Source: Callorhinchus milii (Eukaryota). Taken from it: a stretch of 64,000 nt of DNA. Below the pieces are notes generated by a model. The model searched no databases. It saw only the letters and a list, made by a program, of their open reading frames with translations, and was not told the origin of the DNA. Location of the stretch: NCBI RefSeq assembly GCF_018977255.1, contig NW_024704742.1, positions 58,406,001 through 58,470,000 of the forward strand. The letters are read 5' to 3'. Each line of letters begins with the position of its first letter. Position 1 is the first letter of the stretch. Positions 11,031 to 24,324 of this stretch are shown here, piece after piece. The position numbers and the translations under genes are program-made.

Positions 11031-13648
11031 TAGATTGAATGGGTGGGGAGAGAAGCCTTTTGTTGCTTGAATAAGGCTGCTGAAACTTTAGTGAGAAGTC
11101 AGCGGGTTATTGTGGAATACATTGTGCACAAACGGCTCACACGTGTGTTTGAACAAGTCAATACCATTGCCAATAAACTAACAAATGAGCTTTGTACACC
11201 GTAACCAGATGGAGGTTATTGCTTGATTCTAGCAGTTCTTTACATTTCTCTCGTCAAACACCAAGCAGCCAGTGGTGTGATTGGCACGCAGGGACTGATC
11301 AGCACTTCCAACCTTCTGCTGTGGATTTCGACACACTATATCTTATTTACTCTTTTACTCTTTTGAGAGGATTTTTGATTAAGAGGAAAGGCAACAGGGA
11401 AGGCGCTGTAACTTAAAAAGCTTATAAGCCAATGGGAGGAAAGAACTGGCAGTTCAAGTGTGAAGGTTAATAAATAATCCTTACATTTAATAAAGCAAAC
11501 AATCACATCAGAAAGCATATTGGAAAATATTCTGAAATGTACAGTGACTATAGGTGAGCACTGTAGCCAATCTGAACACAGTTCAGTCCAGCAAATAATC
11601 AAAATGATGACAAAATATCTCAGGTGGGGGGGGTGGGATTAATTGTCAGGACATCAGAAGAGAATTCACCAACTAATACACACTACACTTTGCAATGTAT
11701 CCTCTGTGATGTCCTCCCCATGTGGAAGACACTATATCAAATGTTGGGATTATTATCCTTATGTATAGTGTGACGGGATCTTTAACATCCACTTGAACAA
11801 GGAGGCACAAGACATTGGTTTAGTGTCTCATCTGAAGGTGAATGAATTTGATAATGCAGCTTTCTTCCAGCACAGCTGTCAGTCTAGAGTCCAAGAGTTC
11901 AAAGATCTCCAATGACACTTTGCGGACTATTGCAATGTCAAATTGGCTGCCATGTTCGCTAACAAGGTACACAGTCACTACACTTACAGATATTCCTATG
12001 AAGTGCATTGAGACTACATCAGATATATTTTCACTCATTATTTTCACTAATTATACATATTTTCGCGTTTAGCACAAGGATCTACCCACTTTCAGAAATT
12101 GTTCCCTCTGCAGAAATCAGCTTGACTGTTGAAGGAGAAACACTTCTTCAGTCAAACAAAGCAACTCGTCTACAGTAACTAGATTCGCTCAGGGAGGCTA
12201 GAAAATGGATGGCTTTGCAAAGTGGCAAAGACTGCTATCACCTTCTGCGATACAGTATTTAAAAGTAAAACAATTGCAAAGTGTTGGATTAATCTACCCT
12301 TATTTTTCAGTTGACTAAACTGAATTCTCTGCAAAAGTTATTCAGATACTGTTTTTTTTGCTGCAGGTTCCATTGCTGAATTGTGTGTTTGGATCTTCAA
12401 GTGTCAGGGTTAACTTGATCTTTTATAACTTCCACAATTTGTATTTTAGGTTCTCAACAGGTGGGTTTCATGGACAAGCTGTTTTGTGAGAACAGTGCAA
12501 GTTCAAGCATTTTAGCACTGTACAGTCAAGGTGGAAAGTTTGAGAGCATCGCACGGGACCACGATCGATTATTTTGCGTTATTTTGCTGCTTAATTGCAC
12601 AGTGGAACCTCAGCACAGTTTTACAAATCATTACAGTCCATCTTTCAAGCCTCAAACTTTATTTCAAGTAAAGTAGATGACCCCAGATGGTTTGGGTTTG
12701 ATTGGCTCTGATAGGTTCACTGGGGATTTGGGGTTTAACACAGATGCTTCTTTTTTTTAGTTTTTCAAAAAGACAACTGCTTCTTTGACCAGCGCCTGAG
12801 TTTTTGTAAAAGGCTGCCTTTCATCTTAATGAGCCTTGTGTTTGCTTGACTCCATTTATGGGCCTTGAGCTGGGTTTCACTTCACTGAACTTGAAAAGGA
12901 AGCTCAGATTCTCCATTGCCTGCTTCTAGGATTGCAGCCGGTTAAAATACCTTTATTTTGTATTATTTAATGCTGTGGTAAGAAAAGCAGGCTAATCTTT
13001 AAATAGGCCTCCTAAGATAATTCTGTCCTGTGAGGCAGCGAAAAAGCTCAACAACTGCAGATTCTCAAGTGATTTACAACAACAACAAGATTCCATTTAT
13101 AGAGCGCCTTTCACGTCGGGAGGACGTCCCAAGGCGCTGATTTAAGAGGCATTCAATAAAAGCTACATCTTATTTTCCTGGGCAGTGCAAATTTTGTGGT
13201 TTGTTTCGTAGCTTACTACAAGACGCTATGTCTTTTTGGTGCCAATTTTCTATTTTCCTCCACTGGCACTGGCATCTCTCAGGTACTTTGCTCAATTCTT
13301 CATCCTTGCATTTTATATAGTGCCTTATCACACTGTTGGGGCATCTCAAAGCGCCTCAAAGAATATACAGTACTGTGAAGTGAATTGACTATATTTTGTG
13401 GGAGAAACACAGCAGCCCAATTGCTCACACCCAAAAACAATTGTGGATTGAATGACCAATTTATAATTTTTTTTGGACACTAGTGGGCATAGCACCCAAG
13501 CCCAATACTGTCCTTACTTGCCCTCTACACATATTTTCCAACAGGGGCCACCGATTCATCAACATCTTTGAGGAAAGCTTTCATTTTACCCTTTTTGACT
13601 ATCATTGTGAATAGTGTAATCGCATTTTTTAAAAGAGTTTTGCAGTTA

Positions 13649-13832
13649 CATTAAACTCCTGATAACTCGACCCTGGCTTAACTTGTCACTACCAACACTA
13701 ACACTTAAGTCATCATGCTGTAAATATCCCAACATTTATTCATGTATTTACACTTATGCCTAACTCGCCGGCTCAGATAAATTGTCACTGAGTCCTTTCC
13801 CCTTGGCGTGACGAGTTATCAAGTGTTTACTA
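13649..13832. mobile_element. Tc1/mariner-pogo (Tigger-like) MITE
   Basis: Imperfect 21-bp TIRs CATTAAACTCCTGATAACTCG / CGAGTTATCAAGTGTTTACTA flanked by TA on both sides; the interior is shared with a copy at 57067. Confidence 0.7.
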
Positions 13833-13900
13833 TATCATTTACACATGGAAATGTTCCTGTATCTGGAATGTAATGTTCACTCACTCCCTGGAGGGACACC

Positions 13901-14592
13901 AACAACAACAAATTACATTTGTAAAGCACCTTTCACATCCCAAAGCGCTGGTCAGTCAAAGATTTGGACCCGAGCAGGTGGTTGAGATCAGGAGGAAAGG
14001 AGGGCAAGGAGGTTAGGGGTAGAAGGGTGACTGAAGGTGTGATCGAAGAGGAAGCTTTTGAGATGTGCCTTGAAGGAGGCAAGGGAGGGAGTGAGGCGAA
14101 GGGACAGTGTGCTGGAGTTCCAAAGGGTGGGGCAGAGAGGCTGAAGGCCCAACCGCCGATGGTGGAGCAGGCAGGGTGGGGGACATAGAGCAGAGCAGAG
14201 CAGAGCCTGCTGAGCAGAGGGAGTGGACAGGTTGATATGGGGTTAGCCTGTCACAGAGGTAGGACGGAGCAAAGCTGCGGAGGGCCTTGAAAGCGAGGAT
14301 GAGGATTTTGAACTCTAATCTCTGAGGAATGGGGAGCCAGGTGAGGGTGGGTTTGGTCGGAGTTATGGAGCCTGGTACGGGAGAGGATCTGCAGCTTGTG
14401 GAGGGAAGATTTGGGAAGGCCGACAAGCAGGGAGTTGGTGTAGTCGAGCCTCGATGTAATAAATGCATGGATGAGTGCGGCCTGAGGATAGAGGCGGTGG
14501 CAGAGACGGGCGATGTTGCGGAGGTAGAGAAGGCAGAATGGGTCATGGCACGGATGAGGATGCAAATGCAGTTGAAGATCAAACAAGACAGT
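13901..14592 (-). mobile_element. L2 LINE 3' fragment
   Basis: Frameshifted ORF2 C-terminus (LRNIARL, LIHAFITSRLDYTNSLL, WLPIPQRLEFKIL), 3'UTR and (GTT)n tail. Confidence 0.9.
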
Positions 14593-14937
14593 TGAGGGTT
14601 AAACAGAGATATGTTTACCTTACCCTGTTTACCTTACCCTGGAGTGTATTAGGTGCAAGTTGGCAAGAACCAATACTGGAGGATCCCAGAGCCTATGTTT
14701 GAGCACTGTTGGAGTTTAACCAACTAAAATCACATGTTTTAGTTATCAGTGTGAAACGGTCATTTTTTGTTCTTTGCCTGACCTGCCCCTTTTTGTTCAA
14801 AACTATTTGCAGATGTTTAAAGCAGGTTTTAAGTTGATATTGTTTTTAAAGATACCCACAAAATATACAGTCAATTCACTTTACAGTATATTCTGTGAAG
14901 CGTTTTGAGATGTTCTGAAGACGTGATAAGGCGCTAT

Positions 14938-15248
14938 GTCCTGTAGCTCAGTGGTTAGAGCACTCGCTTTGCAAGTGAGAGACCTGAGTTCAATTCCAGG
15001 CAGAGGGCGAAACCTTGGGCAAGTTTCCTTACTCCACACAGAGCCTAATAATAATCCCTCCAAAAACAATAATAAATTGGTCATTTTCAATCTACGACTG
15101 TTTGTGGGACATTGCTGTGCGCAATTGGCTGCCGCGTTCGCCCACAAATATAGTCAGTTCACTTTACAGTGTGTTCTGTGAAGCGCTTTGGGACGTCCTC
15201 CCGACGTGAAAAGCGCTATATCAAATGCAAGGATGATTATTATTATTA
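14938..15248 (+). mobile_element. Young tRNA-Ala SINE nested in an older SINE tail (14855-14937 and 15249-15272)
   Basis: The older tail breaks at ...ATAAGGCGCTAT and resumes with ATCAAATGCAAGGATTATT after the young copy. Confidence 0.88.
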
Positions 15249-17834
15249 TCAAATGCAAGGATTATTATTATATTATATTATGCCTTGGTGCTGTGGTGTA
15301 TGTCCATCTCTGATGATGTATATAGCAAAGCTGGGAGCTCTCTTTTTTGATCTAAATCATAATTTTTTAGACTGAGTATAAGAATAAGGAGACTAAAACT
15401 CCCCTTATACTTTATGCAAAAAAACATAAAAATAAGTGCTTAAACAGTGAGTGAATAGGTGAAATGACTTGTAATCCACCTGGATTTAATTCAGCAAATA
15501 TCTATTACCCTTCTCAAAGTCTGCACTTCAATTGCTTGCAGACGCTGTTTTATCTGACTCTCTGGGTGATCAGGGGCCAGTCTATTTCCTCTGGCAAAAA
15601 AAATGTGAGGTTTGCAGAAGAAAATATCTTTCTTCTTCCGGGTAAGTGAAAAAAAGTCTTAACACTGAGAAGTAGATTTAATATATTGAAATGCCATGCA
15701 TCATTCCTGAAAGACAGTTATGATAACCTGACACCTTCAGCAAGGATAAATGACATGATAATCATTTTATCCTCAGCATCAAGCCTAGCCATTAAGATTC
15801 TGAAGTAGGAAATTACTTCCCGAGGGAAATAAATATGTTATACTTTTAGGTTTTGTTTACTGGTTCATTACAATGTGAATGATATACAACCAGGGCCAAG
15901 TCTTTGCAATTCCAGCAATCTGTTAACAGTGCTGGGTAATTATCTCCCTTTTTGTTTCCAATGTAACAAGAGCAGAGAAACGAAACCTCTTTGCATATTT
16001 GTCAAATCTCCTCAAATTGGCTCCTGGCCTATGAGAGTTTCATTATATACGGCAATTGGCATATGAACTGCTGATAATAGCTTTCAAATTCCATCTAACC
16101 TGTGCAATTGCAAAACAGCATTCTGTTCACTTTTCAGTCTTGGTCTAAAGTGCATTTATTTTGTGTCTTATTAATATCTATGTGTTTTGGTGGCAGAGAT
16201 GAAAGACCAGTCAGGAACAGGGATACTTAATCAAAGAATGTTTGCTTTTTAAACATTTTCTGTATTTAAACGCTCTGAAAGTTCATCTTTTAAACTTACA
16301 CAATAGCACTTTTGAAATCCTATTGAATGGTGTATTTCTTACATGTTCAGTGGAATTGTGCTCATATCAGAATTAATCTGCAAGGAGCTTCCTACTATTT
16401 TCCATTGAATACCTTTTTTTATTTGTACCAGGAAGCTTTCGAAACCTCAACGGCGTCTGTGGACGTTTTGCACCAATTATAAGTTGGATGCGTATTTATT
16501 TATTCTGGAGAGAAGTATTTACTGAAAAGGGCAAGAAAATATGTGCAAACATTACTAACCGATACACTGTAGCATTTGTGTCATTTATCCCAATCTGAGC
16601 CACGATGTGTTCTAATAGGAAGATTTGGGACTATAAACAAGTTGCAAAGAGTTTATAGGTGCAAGTTTACGAATATGCAGTCACTACACTTCACAGTAAA
16701 TTCTGTGAAACTCTTTGAGACATGATAAGGCCGCTCCATCAAATGCAAAGATGTTTTATAAGTCACACTATTTAGCAGAGATCAGCTTAGTTTAGGCTGC
16801 CTAAAATTAAAGCAATTCTTAGAGTTTCTAAACTACCATCTAAAATACATAAATATGTAAAGCAAACAAGTGAAACAATTTACAGTAAGTATAATATTAA
16901 AAATGCAACAGGATATAATGTTAGATTGTATCATCTCTTCAGAAATTCTCAGAGACCTCTTTATGCTTCTGAGTTTATATATAACCCAGGGAGAAATCCA
17001 GCTATAGATTCAATGGATAATTTATATTCCAATTATACATTACAGAAAGGATTTCCCCCCAATCACAGCAAATGGGAAGAAATCCACCCTTAAGGTGTTC
17101 AGGTTGGACAACCAGTCACTGTGATAAAATAAGTAAAGCTTTGCATAGAATTGAATGTCTACCACCAGAGGTCACTACTATAGCAAGTACTAAATCATTC
17201 CAGATTACAGAGACATCTGGTGCAGAACATTATTAATGCATCAACCTTTTCCTTAAAGTAGGGATGAAAATGCAATATTTGTAGCAGGACGTCGCAAATA
17301 GTGACTCCTAATGGTAACTAGATATGCTACTATTATTACCTTCTTGTTACAAATATTGCGTTTTAGATTCTGTTGAATCCAATAGTATTAATCATAGCAA
17401 CAATAATCCGTACATTTGATCATGTCCTCGAAACGCTTCATGGGATTTTACTGCAGGCAAACACGGCACAAATTTGCATGCTATAGTGACCTACAGAGGT
17501 CACTAAGAAGTAAGAAATGAATGACCAATTTTATCTGAGGGATCTTGGCCAGGAAGCTAGGAGAAATTACCTTCTCTTTTGGAATAGTGCAATGGGATCT
17601 TTATGACCAGCGAAACAGATAGACAGAACCTCAGTTTAACATCTCATCCAAAAAATAAGCACCTCCTGCATCAACAACAACAACAACTTGCATTTATATA
17701 GCATTCCTCACACAGGGCAGGATCCCAGAGCGCTTAAAGTCCTGGAACATCAGCAAAGATTATGAGCCTCAAATCCAAACATATTCTGCCTCCACTCTCT
17801 GTATTCTTGAACTATATCCTCTGTATCTGTCCTT

Positions 17835-18130
17835 CAGACGAGATATTAAACTGGGGTCCCATCTGTCTGTTCAGGTGGCCGTTTAAAATCCCATGGCACT
17901 ATTTGAAAAGAGAAGGAAGTTTTTCCTGGTGTTCTGGCCAACAATCCCCCAAATAAAATTGGTCACTCACTCCACAGCTGTTTGTGGGACATTTGCTACG
18001 TGCCACTGGCTGCTACATTTCACCCACAAAATATAGTCAAAAAGCATTTTACAGCAAATCCTGTGAAATGCTTTGAGACATCTGGACAACATGATAAAGT
18101 GCTGTATCAAATGCAAGTATTATTATTATC
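17835..18130 (+). mobile_element. Deu-domain SINE, 5'-truncated
   Basis: CAGACGAGATATTAAACTGGGGTCCCATCTG...ATCCCATGGCACTATTTG body and (ATT)n tail. Confidence 0.78.
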
Positions 18131-18329
18131 ATAATTATGTCTACATCTTGTAGTCCCTCCAACTTGCTGCCTCCCTCCTCTCTCAAGGCATGTCTCAAAG
18201 CATACCTCTGACCGTGCTTTCGATCATCTTTACCCTCCCCACATCCACACTGCCACCCCCAACTCAGGTACTAATCCAGCACTGTGAACCAGTTTGAAAC
18301 ATCCTCCTGACATAGATAATTATTTGGGG

Positions 18330-18460
18330 AGGACAAGTTTGCAGCGCTATGGGAAGAGAGCGGGGGAGTGGGATTGAATTGGATAGCTCTTTTCAAAAAG
18401 CCGGCACAGACACGATGGGCCGAATGGCCTCCTTCTGTGCTGTGTGATTCCACGATTTTA
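18330..18460 (+). mobile_element. CR1 3' tail
   Basis: GGGATTGAATTGGATAGCTC...CACGATGGGCCGAATGGCCTCCTTCTGTGCTG, a typical CR1 3' end. Confidence 0.65.
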
Positions 18461-18595
18461 TGAAGGGAGCTAAATAAATGTAAGTTGTAATAAACCCACT
18501 CTTTTTGACTCAGAGGCGAGAGCTCTATCAAGACAGACATTGACTTGGGAATGGATGCCTCATCTAAAAATCCTAACAGGCCTTTCCATTCTACT

Positions 18596-18960
18596 TGGAA
18601 TCCTGTAGCTCAGTGGTTAGAGCACTTGCCTCACAAGCGAGAGACCTCGGTTCGATTCCCGGCAGGACAAAACTTTGGGCAAATTTCCTTACTCCACACA
18701 CCTCTGTTTCCCCAGCAGCAAGTAGGATCCCAGTTGTTAATCGATTAGCGAATCGCTTTTCTGGGGATAATAATTCCTTAAAAAAAATTATAATAATTTG
18801 TTCACTTAATCCACGATTGTTTGTGGGACTCTGTTGTGCGCAACTGCCTGCCACAAAATATACAGTCAATTCACTTTACAGTATATTCTGTGAAGTGCTT
18901 TGAGACGTCCAGAAGACATGATAAGGCGCTATATCAAAAGCAAGAATGATTATTATTATT
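18596..18960 (+). mobile_element. tRNA-Ala SINE, long subfamily
   Basis: Same head and tail as the short subfamily plus an extra ~60-bp block (CCTCTGTTTCCCCAGC...CGCTTTTCTGGGGA). Confidence 0.88.
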
Positions 18961-19569
18961 TGTTGTACAAGTTGTTGTTGTACTTCCGACTTGCAGAACA
19001 AACATTTCTAACAGGAAAATAGTATGAAGTTCAGTCTTACCCTTAAAAATACTAGGCAAACTTGCACATTGAGAGCATTTCCACTACATGCATATAGTGG
19101 AGCTTATTCAGGAGTGTACTTCAATATAAATGTCAGATGTAGCTTCTCCCTAGGTTTGGTTTCACTCTTTACTACACATACAAATATGTAAATTTTAGTA
19201 GCTTGTGAACCCATTTTGCAATGACTAATTTATTTGCAGATTACTGTTTACACACACAGCCATCAGATTCATGTGCATATTATACTTTCCTTAGCAATAA
19301 TGGAATTATGTTAATGATACATAATTTCTGAAAAGGGATTTCTGAATAAGGAACAACCCACCAATAAGTGCAAGGTCGAATGGTAGATTATGTATTTATA
19401 CATATATTAATATTTAGCAATCAGTTTCATATAATTTCTGCCTGCTTTCAGTTTTTCATCAAATTTTTATTATATTAGGCAAGAATATTCATAAATACTA
19501 AAAAGGACAAACAGCAATAAATACGGAATTTGTATACAAACATTGCACATAACACATAAATAAGTCCTT

Positions 19570-19936
19570 TGGAGCCCTGTAACTCAATGATAAGAGCACT
19601 TGCCTCGCAAGTGAGAGACCTGGGTTCGATTCCTGGCAGGACAAAATGTTGGGCAAGTTTCCTTATTCCACACCTCTGTTTACCTAGCAATAAGTAGGAA
19701 TCCGGTTGTTAATCAATTGGTGGATTACTTTTCTGGAGATAATAATTCTTTCAAAAAAATAATAAATTGTTCACTTTAATCCACGACTGTTTGTGGGACA
19801 CTGCTGTGCGAAATTGGTTGCTGTGTTTCACCCACAAATTATATAGTATATTCCGTGAAGCACTTTGAGACAGTTTAAAGATGTGATAAGGCGCTATATC
19901 AAATGCAAGGATTATTATTATTATTATTATTATTAT
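19570..19936 (+). mobile_element. tRNA-Ala SINE, long subfamily
   Basis: Head, extra block, Deu-like segment, tail and long (ATT)n. Confidence 0.88.
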
Positions 19937-22900
19937 GAGCCTTTTTTAAAAATCCTTCAGGAACAACAACAAGACTTTGGGATTTCTTTTCCACACCTAA
20001 CGTGTCTAAGGCAGTGGTGGCCAACACGTGGCCCACGAACATTTGCATGAGTCTAGGTAAGTTTGTGTTCGATTGGGAGTGTGTTCCAGTTTTCTCTTCA
20101 TAAATATTTTCAATTTATGGCATAAATCAAGAAATATTGAATCAAGAAAATTTATTTTGTTGGCCGACCGTAAGAAATTATTTAATTTGCCTTGAGAACG
20201 AATAAGCTGCTTGGGCTAAGGGAAGCTGGACCCTGAAGTAAATAATTCATATCGGGAAGAACTGAACGCTTGTTTTCAAGCTGTGAGACTCTATCAAGCC
20301 GTGCTACAATTACAAAGATAAATCTATTGGCACACCAGCTACACAGCAGCAGCGAGTGTAATATCAGCACTATTGGAACCCTAGTGACATCAATAAGGCC
20401 CCGAAGGACATCAATAGAGCTTTTGTTCCATTCTACAGAGTTTTAGACTAATGCCGTTTCCTCAGGGGATGGGCCAGAGAAGTTAGGGGATCTTGGATTA
20501 CCATGGATGAGTGACTTATAGAGTACCTTAGTGTTATTGGGCCAGTCGCAAGAAGTAAGATCATAAAGGCTCCTTCACTTTCTGGGCCTTTGTTAAATTC
20601 TGAAAGTGCCTTAACCTTCTGGCTGTACTGGCATAGTAATGGAGTTTGGGAGTCTGGTGCACTCTGCAGGGCGCCATGATTTCTCTGATTTATAAGGAGG
20701 GCGAGGATCCATTAAACTGGGCCTCCCACAGCTCAATCTGTCTTCACAAGTCTGATGTTCAGACTCCAGCTAAGTTCTTGGCTCCAGCAAATGGAGGGAC
20801 AAGTTGAACTAGCCTTGGGTTCTAGATGAAACTACCAAAACAAGCATATGGAAGAATTAGGATGAAAAAGATCTTCAATGAACTGCAAGGAAGGTTTCAA
20901 ACATAATCTGGGCAAAATTAATTTAACATACCCAACTAGATATATGAGCAAAGAAATGAAATTAAACCTTTCAATAATAATAATAATCATCCTTGCATTT
21001 GATATAGTGCCTTATCGTGCAGTTAGGACTTCTCAATGCGCTTCACAAAATATACTGTGGGCGAAATGTGGCAAACAATTCTGCACAGCAGTCAATTGGA
21101 CAAGGCATTTCAAGAAGGGCAATTTGTAATTTTAATTGGCTTCAAGTACCTAAGTTAATGAAAAATTACCGAAAGATATGGTTGAATATTGTAGGTTCCT
21201 GAACCCGTTTTAAATGCTAGAATTTTTATTTCTGCCAGGACTATGACTCAATGGTCATTTTCAAGGTGGAGAATTGATCTGTCATTATTCTGTGTATCAT
21301 TGCAATAATTAATTTGAGTTGGATCAATATTTTTTTTGAAACATTCTAATTCTAAATGTTTAGATTTTGAGCCTGCTTTCACATCACCCTCTATCGATGG
21401 CTAAATTTATGATCCTGCTTTTGATCATGCCATCGTTCAGCCCCCTTCCCCTCCCCTCGCTTCTCCCTTCCTGACCCCAGCTCGGGTCTGAAATGCTGTA
21501 CACTGTCCAGCGCCTTGGGACGTCCTCCCGATGTGAAAGGCGTTATACAAATGTAATCTTGTTGTTGCATTCTTGAACTTTCTCCAAACATCCCTTCACC
21601 TTGCTCCTTCTCTCCTGCCTTTAAAGCTTTTGATACAAAAATGTATCTGTTGACCATGTCTTTATTCAACACCCTCAAACTCCCCTCTTTTTTCGAGTAG
21701 TGCCACTGATTTTGATCTCAAAGTCCATTGAATAGGCAGTTGAGGCCTTGGTTTAACGTCTCATCCAAAGGTTAGCACCACCAACAGTGCAGCACACCCC
21801 CAACATTGCATTGGGGTGACAGCCTAGACTATAGAAAACCCTAGCTGGCCGACTAATGGGGGGTGGGTGGGGGGGTTGAGATCCAATCCGATGAGCCTGA
21901 ATTTTCAGTTAAGTGTCATTAGAATGCGTAATGCAAAACATGCATATGCAGTGCCAGAAAATACCAGTGATGTATATACCGGTATTATCCGGAACTTGTA
22001 TATGCATTTCTACCGTTGTGTAAAAAAAATGTTGTGACTCACCCACACGGACACTGGACACTAGAGAAAGGACGGTGAGGCGGGAAGCTGTGAACCACAT
22101 GGGCTGAATGCGAGGAGAGTTGGGCCAGCGGGAGTCTACTTGCGAGCCCATGGAAATATTTGGTCCTTGGAGCTTTTTAAAAAATGTTTTTGGTTTTGGG
22201 CCCAGTCTGGCTAGGGTCCAATTCCAGATATTATATAGGTGTACTATAAGGAGTTCTAACATAGCAAATTAACCTACAACCTTTGACTCAGAGGCAAGAG
22301 TGCTACCAACTGAGCCAAGTATTATTCTAGTGGTTGGTGAGTCAGCGACTAAAAAGCATCAATTTAAGATAGTTAGCAAATAAGCAAGCAGTAGGTCAGG
22401 AGAATTTTTTNCGGCACAGAGTAGTTTGAATACGGAATGGAGTGCTGGTTGATGCAAAATTCATATTAGCTTCAAAAGGAAACTAGATAAATATCAAACA
22501 AGTATTTTATAGTATATTCTTTGAAGCGCTTTGAGACTTCTGAATGACATGATAAGATGCTATATCAAATGCAAGGTTATTACTATTATTAAGAACAAAC
22601 AAATTATGCGGAAAAGGCAGATAAATAGGACAGGAAGGATTGCTCTTAAAAGAGCAACTTTCTATGGTTCTATGGTTGGGAGAGAAAGGCAGGATATATT
22701 ACACAGAGGCTGTACACATGGTTACTCTGTTAATGAAAGAGCCAGAAAAATATTAGAGGTTGAAGTAGATCAGATGTTTCTCTGTGTGATACTGCATCTC
22801 ATAAGCTATCTTTCACAACACATCTTCTTTCCTGTCTGGCTGGTGTTCTGGAACAACAGGAAGTTGTGCATCACAACACTGCATAATGAAATAGGAAAAA

Positions 22901-23777
22901 CACACAAGTCACAAACTGTGCCAGCACGGCAGGGCAGAGCTCCAAATGTAACAAATGGCTGTTTTTACAGATAGTCACAGTTCGGAAGAAGCTATGAAAG
23001 GTGATAATAAATATAATCTCGATGATTGCCAGAGGAAAGAGACAAGATGCTCGAACTTTGTGAACTGCGTTCACACATCACTCTAATGTTATGTCAATTT
23101 TGTTCACACTTGGCACATTTCCATGTGCATCTTCCTATTGACAGAAAAGATGTATAATTTTGCGCTCCCTCAGTCCCTATTAGCCTATAATGTAAGAAGG
23201 TTCACATGTTTGATATTCAGTGCCTTCACAAGCAAGGTACCCCACTGAAAGAGTGATCTGATTGTCTTAGACAACACATCTGTTATTTCCTAGTTATGAA
23301 CAAACAGGTTGTGGAAAAAAGGCTTTGGATCATGACAGATACATATGGGGCAATAAAATCCCATTGCAGCAGCTATGCTAACATCTTTTCAGTTCATAAT
23401 GGAGTGCATGATTTATATCCATTATATGTAATGCACGTCCATCTTCGAGGTTGCCATCTTGAATTCAGAAATGTCATCTACAATTGGATAAAATTGCAAA
23501 TGATATTCAGCCAGCTTCTGCTCTGCAATAAAGTTGTTAGATCTGTGAACAATTGAGAGTGAGCTGTTACTGTGTTAGGCTTTGTTAAACCATTATCATT
23601 TTACAGGCGATCCAAGTATAATCTTAATCTGATGTTATTGCTTCTCATATTTCGATATATCATTTTATGTATCTTTTTAAAACAATAATGACTCTGTATT
23701 TTTAACAATAATAATCCTTACATTTGACATAGTGCCTTGTAATGTCATTGAGACATCTCAAAGCGCTTCACAGAATA

Positions 23778-24112
23778 TAGCTCGGTGGTTAGAGCATTCG
23801 CCTCGCAAGCGAGAGTCCTGGGTTCGGTTCCTGGCAAGGCAAAATGTTGGGTAAGTTTCCTTACTCCACATGCCTCTATTTACCTAGCAACATGTAGGAA
23901 CCCGGTTGTTAGTTGATTGGTGAATCGCTTTTCCCAGGGTAATAATCCCTTAAAAAAAAGAAGAATTTGGTCACTCAATCCACGACTGTTTGTGGGACAT
24001 TGGCTGCCATGTTTTGCCCACAAAATATACAGTCAATTCACTTTACAGTATATTCTGTGAAGCGCTTTGAGATGTCTCGAAGACGTGAAAATGCAAGGAT
24101 TATTATTATTAT
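23778..24112 (+). mobile_element. tRNA-Ala SINE, long subfamily, abutting an inverted SINE tail (23707-23777)
   Basis: TAGCTCGGTGGTTAGAGC head begins directly after a minus-strand tail fragment. Confidence 0.85.
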
Positions 24113-24324
24113 TTTTGTATTAAGCCTTATCTAGAGATTTAAAGCAGTCTGTGTAATTCGGCAGTTATTGGGGCCACGGCTGTTATAAGACAACAGGATT
24201 GTTCTAATGCAAACCTTGATGAGCAGTAAGAATGTGAATTTACATTAATTTGAAGTTGCATATCGACTTCTTGGACAAAGAAAGAAATAGATGCCACAGG
24301 TGCTCCATTGTTTGAGCTGATATC

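Noticed and set aside
22411..22411. Single N base
   Set aside because: Assembly ambiguity within a decayed CR1 fragment; no biological meaning.
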